A DNA stretch of 33,128 nucleotides from Welwitschia mirabilis (GCA_051453625.1 JBOZIK010000001.1:30572154-30605281), one strand, 5' to 3'. Shown: positions 11,402-22,137, counted from the first letter of the stretch. Notes: generated by a model not told the origin, from the sequence alone. Translations and numbers: made by a program.

Positions 11402-12430
11402 ATGGGAATAACCAAGTTGGCTACTCAAAGAAAACAAAAATACCAGTAGGCTCCTCTTTCGAAAATTGATTCCTTAGTGAAGAGTAAAAAACATTCTAGC
11501 TTACCTACTTCCCAAGGGCCCCTTACTCTATAGATGAGAATTGATTTTGAATACTTTATGTATGAAATCTAGATCTTTCATAGATTCTAGGCTATATAAT
11601 GATAATATGCTTTGGATCCTGATACTAGAGCTTTAGTAAGAATGGTATGACTCTTTTATCACATCGGTATAATGATAAAATCACTTTTAGAATTTATGGG
11701 AAAATTATAAAAATAACTTTAGATATGATTTTTGAGGTTACTAGTTTTTCAAATGCTAGTATTTTTCATAATATAACCTCAATCCAATCTCTAGAAAAAG
11801 TCATTTCCAAAGATAGCCTAACTCATGAATTATGTGGAAAACATGTGAAATGGAAAATTAATATTTCTACTATCTAGCTCCAACCATTTTATATAGTAAT
11901 TTTTAAGATCTGTACACATAATATACTTTCCAAACTTGGTCACAAAGATGAGGTCTCTCCTTCTTGTGCTTATACTATGTATTATATCAGATAAGACATA
12001 ATATTTAATTTGTGAAAATTTATTACAATCTACATGAGCTAGTTCTTCATTTCTACATCTTATAGTATACCATTTAGAGGATTATTCATGGCTCTTCTGA
12101 TGAATTTGAAGTTCTCTATTGACAAATATGAATAGCTTGTAAATGTACCAAAACCGATTTATGCATATTCATTAAAAAATATGAATATGTTCTCAGAAAT
12201 AATTGGTTTAGTCCCTCAGTCTCATCCTCTAGAAAGGAAAAAGGTTAGTGAGATCTTCATAGCATTAGAAGTATCTAATAAAGTACTTCTTAAGAATGTG
12301 TAGAAATTTGATTGGATAGAATTATCTTTAGACTATCATCTTATAGTTTTGATATTTCTCTTGGATCAGATAAAGAGGAAGAGCAGGCAGCACCAATACT
12401 AGCAGAGGGTTCCTCTCATGTATAATCTTT
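11402..12430 (+). pseudogene. Env-like / extra ORF of the SIRE element (Transposase_32-type family resemblance), degenerate
   Basis: ..RALVR/EWYDSF..KITFRIYGKIIKITLDMIFEV..*LQPFYIVIFKICTHNILSKLGHKDEVS..IIFNL*KFITIYM..SIPFRGLFMALL. Same motif order as the ORF at 3853-5147. Ends are approximate. Confidence 0.7.
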
Positions 12431-12880
12431 TAATTAATTTCCTATCATCTTCTTGTATCTTTTTCTATTTTTTTACACTCTGTTATTCCTACTCTTATTT
12501 CTTCTCAATGATGACAAAGGAGAAGAAGTTCTTAATCTATACTTGTACACTTTTTTTCCTTCCTCAATTTATTTATAATAAATTATTATCCTAATAAAAA
12601 GAAAATTCCTATCTTAAACATGTCGAAAATTTTGTGCAAATAAATGTCTATTTGAATATGATTATCATTAGTTTTTTCCTTATGATATTATCTATCTATG
12701 ATCTAATAACTTCAAGTGTAGATATATTTGTGCCTTAGGCTGACTGTGATGCTTGCAAGTCTTTGAAATCAATAGTTATTTAAATGAATATAAAATTTAT
12801 GAAAAGCATAACAAAATTGCTATCAACATCCTATTTAAAATATTTTTATTTGATATAATATTAGCATGTTATCATTATTG

Positions 12881-12893
12881 AAAAGGGGAAGAT
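12881..12893 (+). promoter_or_regulatory. Terminal PPT of SIRE element (an upstream PPT-like copy lies at 12516-12528)
   Basis: 'aaaaggggaagat' directly before the LTR matches the Sirevirus AAAGGGGGAGAT signature; upstream 'atgatgacaaaggagaagaag' matches the decayed multiple-PPT motif. Confidence 0.8.
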
Positions 12894-13905
12894 TATTGCA
12901 AAGATATTAGAAGTAAATGAGTTTCAATGGTGAACACTAAAAAGTTATCAAATTAGATGAAATAATATGATGGGCATAAAATGCTAAGTTTGAGAACCAA
13001 TGCATGTTGGACATCTAACTATTTCCACTGAGATGTCTGGTACTATTCATGGATATAAATAGAATAGCTTTCAAAGTGGGAAATCTGATAGATTAGTTCG
13101 GCACATCCAGTGAAGAAACTTGGTATCTTTTATAAAGTCAAAAATGGGAAATTTGGGTTTTTGTCTAGGACATTTGAGTAATTCTCATGTCAACATATTG
13201 GGATGTTTGGCCTTTAGCTTGGGACATCCAAGTAATTTCTATGTTAAAAAATGTACGATGTCCAACCTAATATAGGACTTCTGACCAAAGGAGCATCATG
13301 ACAAAATTTTAGATTCATTTGGCCATCCAACATATTTTTTTAATACAAAAAATGGATCATTATTGGTTTGAAACCTATTTTCAATGCATTACTTCTTTTA
13401 AGATAGACTACAATAGCTATTTTGCAGAAAAAATTTAAATAGAATGTGCTTGATCAGATCTTGTACAACTATACTTACATTGTATCATCTTAAAGAGAAC
13501 TACTCTAAGCTAAGTTGGCTAGCATGTTCTTGTATATTTCATACTACTCATGTATTATGCATTGTAAAGGTACCTCATCATTAGATCTTATCTTTCTTAA
13601 ATACTTCTAATCTGATAGCTTACTCAATTGAGCTTTTGTGTTATCCTACCTTTTTCTGGATGTCAAGAGAAAAAAGGAGGAGATTATGTAGATCTATTAA
13701 GTTAATAGAACCAGGAGGTTGATAGCAATTGCTACCCCTTGAAAGTGGAGTAGGCTAATTGTTGAACACTATAAATTATAATGTCTTCATCTTTACCATT
13801 TTATTTTACTAAAGTTTTAGTTTTTTAAATGATCTTAAGGCTAGCTATAACTAATTTTTAAATACTCTATTCACAACCCCTTTAAAGCATATTTTCATAC
13901 TAACA
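12894..13905 (+). repeat. 3' LTR of SIRE element (~1010 bp)
   Basis: Starts 'tattg' (decayed TGTTG) after the PPT; contains GGACGTCC-derived repeats (13009-13285), 'gtggagtaggc..gaacactataaa' (~13745) and C-rich 'ctattcacaacccc'; ends 'ctaaCA' where Pif1 coding sequence resumes. Confidence 0.8.
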
Positions 13906-14371
13906 CATATGATATAATGTTAGATTAGTAAATGGATTTATGAATGTTGTTAAATTAATAGTTTATTAGCTAAGAAAGAATTCACTTAATCTTCCAACCT
14001 ATGTCATGGTTAACTTTGATACCTACACTAGAGTTACTGTTGAGGACTCAAGTCAAGAAATAGTTTCCCTCATCTCATTCTCTAGAGATCAAGCAAAACA
14101 ACTATTTTTCAAACTTTCATGGGCATTAACAATTCATAAATCTCAAGGAATTACACTTATTAAAGCATGTATAAAAATTAGTTCCAAGGCAATATCAGGA
14201 TTGGCTTTTGTGACTTTTTCTCGAGTGAAGTTCCTAGAATCATTAAAGATATTACACCCATTCTCTAAACAAAGATGCAAAAAATTATCTAAGAGTTATA
14301 ACTTAGAAAGGAGGATTAAGAGAGAGAAACATTTACCAATCCTAGAAGTCTATAATATGTTATCTTTGTAA
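13906..14371 (+). pseudogene. Pif1-family SF1B helicase C-terminal fragment (probably transposon-borne, Helitron-group)
   Basis: RLVNG..VVKLIVY..LPTYVMVNFDTY..QLFFKLSWALTIHKSQGITL..SGLAFVTFSRVKFLESL: Pif1 motifs V and VI. Uninterrupted by introns. The 5' part is cut off by the SIRE LTR. Confidence 0.85.
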
Positions 14372-14861
14372 TAATTTGTCAATTCATGTGTAGTATACAT
14401 TTGTGTAAAGTGATAAAAAATGAATTATTATTTATTTCTAGTAGTTAAATATTACTAATTTATCTATGCTCCATGTCTATATTATTATCGATTACCTTCA
14501 TTGTAATACTTAAATACGTATCTTATTATTAATAAGCTTAGTTATAATAAAGTAATATTTAATCTCTATATGAAATTTATGAGTAGTTACTTTTCTACAT
14601 TAATATCTTTTTCTTGTTTATGCATTTTACATTTTAATATTAAAAAAAGATATCATTACATACTTAAATCATTATCAATTATTTTCTACATTAAGATTAT
14701 ATTTTTAAATAGCATGTTCAATAAAAAGAACTATAAATAATGATTAAGGCATTTCCATAAGGGCCATACTAATTAAGNNNNNNNNNNNNNNNNNNNNNNN
14801 NNNNNNNNNNNNNNNNNNNNNNNNNNNNNNNNNNNNNNNNNNNNNNNNNNNNNNNNNNNNN

Positions 14862-14921
<60 letters not shown>

Positions 14922-15369
14922 TTATAATTTGGCTGAGATATATTAATCTCTACCACATTTTAGAGAATGGTAAAAGAATTAACCTAAATATGTTTTACCT
15001 CAACATTGGTGTTGACTATTATCACAATTAAAGTTGATTTTTTCTAAAGTTAATGTTGACTTTTATCATTTGAGCAATGCTGATCATTTACCAAAATTCA
15101 TTGTCTCATTCTCGACCAAATATTTCCTATTATTAACCAAAAATTCCTTAAACATTTTTGATTAAGAATAAGGTATTGACTTTTAATAAATGGTTAACAT
15201 TAATCAAATGGCAAAAGTTAATGTTGACTTTAGGGAATTTTAACTTTGATTATGGTTATAGTCAACACCAATGTCTAAGTAAAATGTGTTTAGGTTAATG
15301 CTTGTACCCTCATCCAAAAGGCAGTAGAGATTGATATATCTTAGCCAAATTATAGATGTATATAAAATA
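14862..15369. mobile_element. Foldback / long-TIR MITE-like element (near-complete palindrome, arms ~210 bp, spacer ~30 bp)
   Basis: 'tacatttataatttggctgagatatattaatctctac...acattggtgttgactat' (14917-15020) is mirrored by 'atagtcaacaccaatgt...gtagagattgatatatcttagccaaattatagatgta' (15258-15360); symmetry continues inward to ~15125/15155. The left boundary is hidden by an N gap. Confidence 0.8.
14867..14918. repeat. (TA)26 microsatellite inside the left arm of the foldback element
   Basis: Directly visible. The corresponding right arm has only 'tatata'. Confidence 0.95.
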
Positions 15370-15569
15370 TATATCTAAGATAGTTTTGAATAAGATGTAA
15401 TATATTTACTTTCATTAATCATAGAATTTTTAAGGCCTAAAATAACTTTTTCTTTCAAAACCTAGAATACCCGCTCATCCTCATTTGTGTAAATAACAAG
15501 TTGAAGAATTCCTAAAATGTGGAATAAAGAAATAAATACTAGGTATGTTTTTCTATAAAATAATGTTAT

Positions 15570-18500
15570 TTTATTATGGGAGATGACATTCATTATGAAG
15601 GTTGCATACTTATGTGACATTTATTATTAATTTAAAGTTATGATAATTGATAGTTATAAGTCTTTTAAAATTTTTTTAATCATAATGTGATGTATTTTCT
15701 TGAATTTTATAAGTGTCAAATGTTGAATGGCCATAAGTGGATACATGGAGATTTTATAGAAGGACATAATGTAGAAAGAAATATGCAACTTTTACAACAT
15801 TTGACATGTTTACTAACCAATTTTTTACCATAAAAATCAAAAATGCACTTTTCTATACACTCATAGAAACCATGCAAAATTTTAATCTGATTTGAACATC
15901 ATTTTTTGCCAACTTACTCTCTTTTAGTATGCATAAAATTGCCACAAGATGTGAGTACGCATTGTAAAAAAATGTTAAGTAACATGTTACTCTTTAATTA
16001 ATCTATGTTTTGAGTTACTTGATGTCTTATTATTATGTCTTTATAAGGTTAAAATTATACTATTATTTAAGGGTTTGAACCTATATATATTTGAAATTTC
16101 ACCATAAGTTTATGCCCATTATTAACCTTTATGCTTGCTTCATGAAAATGAGCTCTTATATGGCATAGAGAGCATGTTTGATAAAGTTGATAATATCATT
16201 TTATATTAGGTGATGCTAATGTAAAGTATCTACTTACGATAATGATTTTTCATTTATGCTACTATTAAGTTATGTGCTTGCATCGATGAGGACGGACTTG
16301 CACATAGCACATAAAGCATGACTAGTGAACATGATGATACCAACTGATATTTTTATTATGAAGGTTTATGATGTTAATTATTATTTTAATTCAATGAAAT
16401 TCTCTCTCTTATGCATCATTTCTATAGCTCCAAGATGGATATGTTGAGATGTATATTTTATATATGTTTAATCCCATAATTATGCTTATTTTATCATTTT
16501 ATTATTATTATTTATAACATTTTTAAATGTGATCTTATTATGGTCTGAATTTTAAAATATAATTTTATGATATTTTACAGAACAATTTCAATATATTAAA
16601 ATCTACCAAAGCAAAATCTATAGAGTCTAGTTTGGATTGTACCATAAAGCTTTATGATCATTGTAGTTTTTCTTTTATGCTATTTTATAATGATAAAATA
16701 TTATCATATACCTTAAAGAAAAAGCTATGGAATCCGTCTAGAATTAGATCATAAATATTTGTAATATAACTTATATTGAAGCTAAAACTAAAATTTTATT
16801 ACATCTAGGTATATCTTGTAAGTCTATTAGACCAGTTAAGTAATAGAAAGTACATTATATCAATATTTATAGACTACATTAAACATACCCAATTCTCATG
16901 AAGCCTAAAGAAATCCTTAAAATAATGTCCTACTACTTCTAATGCTAACATAAATAACTCATATATATTTGTTCTTATGATATACCATTTGCATCTAAAA
17001 AATTCAGTGCCATAACACTCTAACAAAATATGATGGTCATCCTCTTTTACTTATAATAGGCAAACTTCACATGCTTAATCCTTTGTTTGAACATCATCCC
17101 ATATTCCAATTTCAAATTTAAAATGATGAGATCTCATCCTTACTTTGCTAATCAGATTTATGATTCATAATGATATTGATGTAAATAGATTACTCCACTT
17201 TCTTCTCAAGTTTACTTCCTCAAATAGTTTTACCATAGAACTGAAGTTCCTTTTTATTTTTGTCTATCTTCCACCATCACTTAAGAACTTCTATTTTCAT
17301 CATCTTGCAAATTGTTTTAGGCTTTATAGTTATATTGTGATCCTAAATGTCCCATTCCTATAGCCACAACTTTCCTTTAGCATACCATTCCTTTTCTTGA
17401 GTGGTTTCTAATACCTCATTTAAAAACTTAGTTTTGTTCTCAACTCTAACCTTCTAGTAAAATATTAGAAATTAGCATATTTCCTTGGCTTAAAAAGGTA
17501 ACATATTAACCTTTAGTAATAACATTCATATGATACTTAAGCCTTAACCTTAAGTTCATCTACCAAAAATTGTTTCTAAAATTCTTCTATTTTCTTTCAC
17601 AAATCTTTGGCAATACTTAGACTCCATACCATGCATTTATATAAAATAACTAATTGCATAATCACATGAAATGATTGATTTTGTACTTTCCATGATGAAA
17701 TATTTTACTTCTTATATTTCCTATTTATAGCATAAAGAGGCTTCCACCCATAGGCAACTCATTGTGACACATATTGATTTTATTTATAATTTTAAAAATA
17801 TTTCAATCCTAGGTATTTGTATGAATCAACAATTTTAAGTCATTTATTTTATCCAAAAACTATAGTTTCTTTTATTTATTCCACAAATAAGCTTGTAATT
17901 TATAGGAATTATATGAATCATAATCTTAGGAATAAATTTCTTAAGATCTTTATATGATCTTAAAATATTGAAGGTATGGAAGTATCAATTATAACCTCCT
18001 TTATTTCCTCTAGATTATTAAATAAGTTTACTGATGGATGCTTATATAGTGAAATAATTGTAGAAAATGTCATAAAATAATATAAAATAGTATTGAAAAA
18101 TGCAGAAACTATGCCACTGTTAACTTAAAATAAGCTTACATCATTAAATAAAAATAATCAAAGGCTTACTAAATAACTAATTGAGATTCAACCATTTAGT
18201 TCAAAATGAATCACCATGATATGCTCATGATGAAGTTACTTGAACTAGTTAGGTTGGTTTATTACTACTAAGTTACTATAAACATATGTTATAATATGGG
18301 AAAATTAAGAAAATAGTAAAACATGATAGAAATTAGATGAGATGCTAGACAATACTTATTTTTAAGTAGTGTTAATTATTCTATTTATGTGCAGCTGCAA
18401 AAATAGGAGCAAGTAGAAATAATGTTACTTTTTCAAGTAATAGAACATGCAAAAATGATACTCAAAATATGATTTCTAGCTTTATATTGAAATACCAATT

Positions 18501-18620
18501 GTTATATAAATATGCACTAAGGATTATATTTTTATTTGTAGGTAATAAGAGTATGGGAAATGTTCCTATCCTTTGCAAGATAGTTGAAGCTCCCTTTCTT
18601 GATCTTCTTGCTTAGTCTAT
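15570..18620 (+). pseudogene. Possible decayed multi-exon gene (unidentified product)
   Basis: Repeated T-rich tract + AG acceptors followed by less T-rich blocks ending in GT (e.g. ttttag|15929..|gtgagt; ttttacag|16581; tttatag|17731..|gtattt; tttatag|17907..gaag|gtatgg; ctctag|18013..ag|gttggt; gtgcag|18395; ttgtag|18542). No family recognised. Confidence 0.3.
16782..17633 (-). mobile_element. 5'-truncated non-LTR retrotransposon (LINE ORF2 3' end, RTEX-like)
   Basis: Minus-strand translation WYGV*V..KIEEF*KQFLVDELKVKA*VSYE/MLLLKVNMLP..EWYAKGKLWL*EW..LISKVRMRSHHFKFEIGIWDD..ACEVCLL*VKEDDHHILLEC (CCHC knuckle at ~17007-17074), then AATAAA (16795-16800) and a (TTTTAG)2 tail. Confidence 0.75.
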
Positions 18621-19699
18621 ACTTAGAACTTCTTGACAAAAAGATCTTCACCTTTGATGGTGATCTCTCTCTTACACCCCTATCTATTTTTTTTTATTTC
18701 CTTTCTTTGATCCTTAGGAATTAGTTTATGGTTGAGGTTGTTACTACCTTTTTTCCACCTTAGCCTTCTCTTATCTTTATGCTAAATTATATTTTATATT
18801 TATAATTCAATAATAAATATATATATATACTAACCTATTAACATAATTACTAATTAATCCATTAATTAGTAAGTACATTTATAAAGAAAAACATCTATTG
18901 TTATCTAAAATGCATAATTATAAAAACAAAAACATTCCATTAATAAGTAAGATTTACATTAAATTTATCATCATCAGTTCCCTCAAGCTCAATGTTTTAT
19001 TATTCCCTTAACAAATGAATATATACAAAAGATCTTGAATATAAAATATCACTCAAGCATGATAAAATAAAATTTAGGAGTGAAAGTAAAATTTACTAAT
19101 CCATTTCCTACTTAAAATAAGCAAAAACTAGTACTTATATTGAATTCAATTCGCATGTATGAGGAGTCAATGAGAAATTTTTACTAAAAATAAAATAGAT
19201 GGAACTAAAGTTATTTCATACTCTGTTAATGCTAGAAAATAAAATGACTTGTTGGTAAGGTAAAAAGTAGAAAAATTTGCTGACTTAAAACTAATGTTGT
19301 AGATGCTAATATGGTTGAGATAACGTGGAACTAATATTGCAATGTGGATCATTAAGAATGAGGAGGAGTTATTGAAAATGAGTTTAAGTGAAATGATAGA
19401 GGCATAGAAAGTTATATTTAAGTGGTGGTTAATCTATTCTATATCAAGTTTGATGAGGGTTATTGATAACTCTCGAGTTCTTGATAAGAGCCATCAAATC
19501 CTTTGTGGAGTTGGTAAAAAGAGTTTGAAGGTAATCTTTAAAAACTTTTGAGTTCTCAATGGGTTCCTTCAAATTCTAACCATTATTATTATGAAAGTAA
19601 GGAATAATGAAAAAGTGAAGTTGTGTGACAGAGTTGTAGCAGAAAGTTAAGGGGGTCATCACCAAGAAGACCTTCCCTTTTAGAAGCATGTTTAAGAAG

Positions 19700-20210
19700 G
19701 AAAAGTTGACTTAAAATCTGGTTTAAAGATTTGGCTTTGGACTTGTATTAATTAATTTTTTAAACTTATATGTCAATGGTTTAGCATAAAATCCAACTCA
19801 AAGTTTTGACTTCAAGTTAGTGTCAGTCAACCAAATGATCTTTCTTTTTGCATATAAGATGAAGAAGTAACTGGTTAACTCAAAATCCAACTCGTATTTT
19901 TGACTTCAAGCTAGCATGTTTTAATTATATGATATTACTTCATTATAGGTTTTTAAAGTACAAGAAGATAAATGAGTTAGCATGAGATCTAACTCAAAGT
20001 TTCAACTTCGAGTTGGTGTTAACCAAAAAATTTGAAATTCTTATCACAGTGGTTTGATTTGAAATCTGACTCAAAGTTTTAGCTTTAGATTGGTATTGAT
20101 TAACCAAGTGATTTTTATTTTCATGTAGGTCTAGTTTGGATGTTTATCAAGTTAGCTCAAAATTTGACTTAAAGTTTCAACTTTGAGTCAGTGTTGGTTA
20201 ACTAGATGAA
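19700..20210. repeat. Array of six ~55-bp palindrome-containing units with irregular spacing, arranged as a duplicated 3-mer
   Basis: Core 'aaatc(c/t)(a/g)actcaaagttt(t/c)(g/a)actt(c/t)(a/g)agt' at ~19714, 19789, 19883, 19985, 20062, 20160; spacings 75, 94, 102, 77, 98. Confidence 0.85.
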
Positions 20211-20353
20211 CTTGATTTCAAGGCCTTTTTATGCTAATATTTTATTAGAGGGAAAACATCAGTAACTTTTATTTCGTATCCTCCCTTAAAATAAAATAAA
20301 TAAAAAGAAAATTCTTTTCTATGCTATCAAACATAGTCTAAAAAGTCTTCTTT

Positions 20354-21043
20354 TGATCAAAAGTATTTGCAGGGTTTCTAGTAATTACTTAGCAATACAA
20401 TTTATGATGACAAAGTCTAATGGGTTCTTAAAATGGCATGTAGCTTAAGAAAAATTAAAATCATCATAATTCAATATGAAATTCTAACTTTAGATTAAAC
20501 CTTGATTAGCTTGAAATTCCTTAGTTCCTATCTTACTCTAACATTAATGCTAACACTTGGAATACTTTAGCTATTAGCAAAATAGATATGCATCTTTTAC
20601 ACAATCCTTTACTTTAATATTGAACATGTGTGCACTAGGTAACTTAACATGAATTACACTTGTCCAACATGATAGTAAGACCTATTCTATAAATCTTATT
20701 CTTTTCATGCTAATCATCCATCATTCTTGACCTGAGCTTTATAATTTCTTTACTTAATCATCTTCCAATCCTTCTCATCTTTTCTTAGTTAATCCTTATG
20801 ATTGGCACTTCCCTTACTCTCCCATTACTACCTCTATTTTAAAAAGGTAAAATGTTGCCTATTCAATTTAGGTTCCACATAGATAAACATGTGCATTAAT
20901 AGTGTAAAATCCTTGTCACATCAAATCTTTATCAGGTTATAAAAATGGTACAACAATTCTTATACTATTAATTACTGAGGTCTTAAATACCTTAGATTCC
21001 TTCATAACTGAGGCTATAAAGGATAGTTTTGAAATTAGTATCA
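20354..21043 (-). repeat. 3' LTR of element 2 (~690 bp)
   Basis: Minus strand starts TGATAC directly after the PPT (21044-21057), has 'ttttaaaatagagg' TATA-like box, and ends '...tacttttgatCA' at 20354. There is no second copy in the window to confirm the distal end. Confidence 0.6.
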
Positions 21044-21057
21044 TTCCCCCAAGTTTT
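21044..21057 (-). promoter_or_regulatory. PPT of gypsy element 2
   Basis: Minus strand 'aaaacttgggggaa|tgat', the Athila-type AAGCTTGGGGGA motif. Confidence 0.75.
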
Positions 21058-21867
21058 GGCCCTATGATCCATCACCTAGTGGGTGAGTATCTAAGGGTGA
21101 GAACTAAAGAACTTCATTAGTAATTCAATCATGGAAACTTGACTTACAATGTTTATTTGGGTAAATTATCTTGGTAAGTGCAAGTGCTAAAGAAAAGGAT
21201 TGATTAACTTCAAGGAATAAACCCTGTCTTTAGTCCTATTGCATTGAGTTTTGATAAGAAGAATATAGATAAGACAATATGGGATGCTAAGCCTTATTAA
21301 AACTTTTGAAAAACCCACCCAAAAGAGATTAATATGCTATTTAAATCTCTAGGTGAGATGCATCTACTACCCTTGGGTGAGAATTTTGTAAGATTGTCTT
21401 ATAAGACTAGGTGTTCTCACAGAAAGAACAAGTTTTTTGGTTTTTTTAAAAATTGATTTACTTTAGTTGATTGATTTATTTGCTTAGTAACTTAAGAAAT
21501 GATTTTATTGTTATTTCTATAACTAGATGTAATAAACTAGTTGGCTTAATAAAGTTTTTATTTTTATTTTAAATAAATTTTTTTAATAACTATTCTTATT
21601 TTATTATGGGTATATGAATTTCATTAAAGGGAATTCAAACTAAGAAATTTATTAAATTGTTAAGATAATGTGAAATAATTTTAAAACTTTGAATCTTTTG
21701 CATAGATCAAATAGAATTTAATGGTTGTACATGCTATTTAGTTTGAAAATCTTTAGATACACATTCCAGCATAGACTAGAATATTTTTCTTTTGGATTTT
21801 TTTTTTTTCTATTGATCTATCTTTCTTTATTTTTTATAAGTTGTGATAGATTTATAGTTTTAGCAAC

Positions 21868-22137
21868 TAGTTATATCTCAGATGATTCTTAGGGCATAAC
21901 TATTCCTCAACCTTTTATTTTTTACAAATTAATTTAACCATAATGAGAAGAGTGCAACCACTATTAAAGGTGTAAGAACCCATAAGATATAAAATTTTCT
22001 TTTTTTATTTTTAAATTTAAATTATCTAGATTGTGGCTAACTAACCCCTTAGTTAAGTTCTCACAACTAACATATTACATTGCCAAAGGCCCCTCTTGGG
22101 AATATTTTCCTTAGTGCACTTGTGGTAGAACATTGTG
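21868..22137 (-). ncRNA. Conserved, putatively structured RNA module downstream of pol (copy 2)
   Basis: Homologue of 1751-1971, in the same sense orientation and position relative to its own element; carries a 48-nt AT-rich segment (21984-22031) where copy 1 has 4 nt. Confidence 0.55.

Larger units (their letters stand above)
7999..13905 (+). mobile_element. SIRE/Sirevirus-type Ty1/copia LTR retrotransposon, 5'-truncated (no 5' LTR or gag)
   Basis: Copia domain order INT-RT-RH, extra ORF after pol, more than one PPT-like tract, and a ~1-kb LTR with Sirevirus-style motifs. Confidence 0.88.

Noticed and set aside
14372-14777. Helitron 3' terminus (GC hairpin + CTRR) after the Pif1 fragment
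   Set aside because: A 'ctag' occurs near 14438 but without a convincing upstream hairpin; the rest is cut by a gap.
16620-16665. WD40-like peptide SSLDCTIKLYD
   Set aside because: Single short match with no further WD repeats in neighbouring blocks; could be chance.
19150-19570. Purine-skewed, coding-like stretch
   Set aside because: No recognisable motif in the frames I translated; left unannotated.
19700-20210. CRISPR array (palindromic repeats with variable spacers)
   Set aside because: Repeats are diverged, spacers are related to each other in a 3-unit period, there are no cas genes, and the context is eukaryotic TE DNA.
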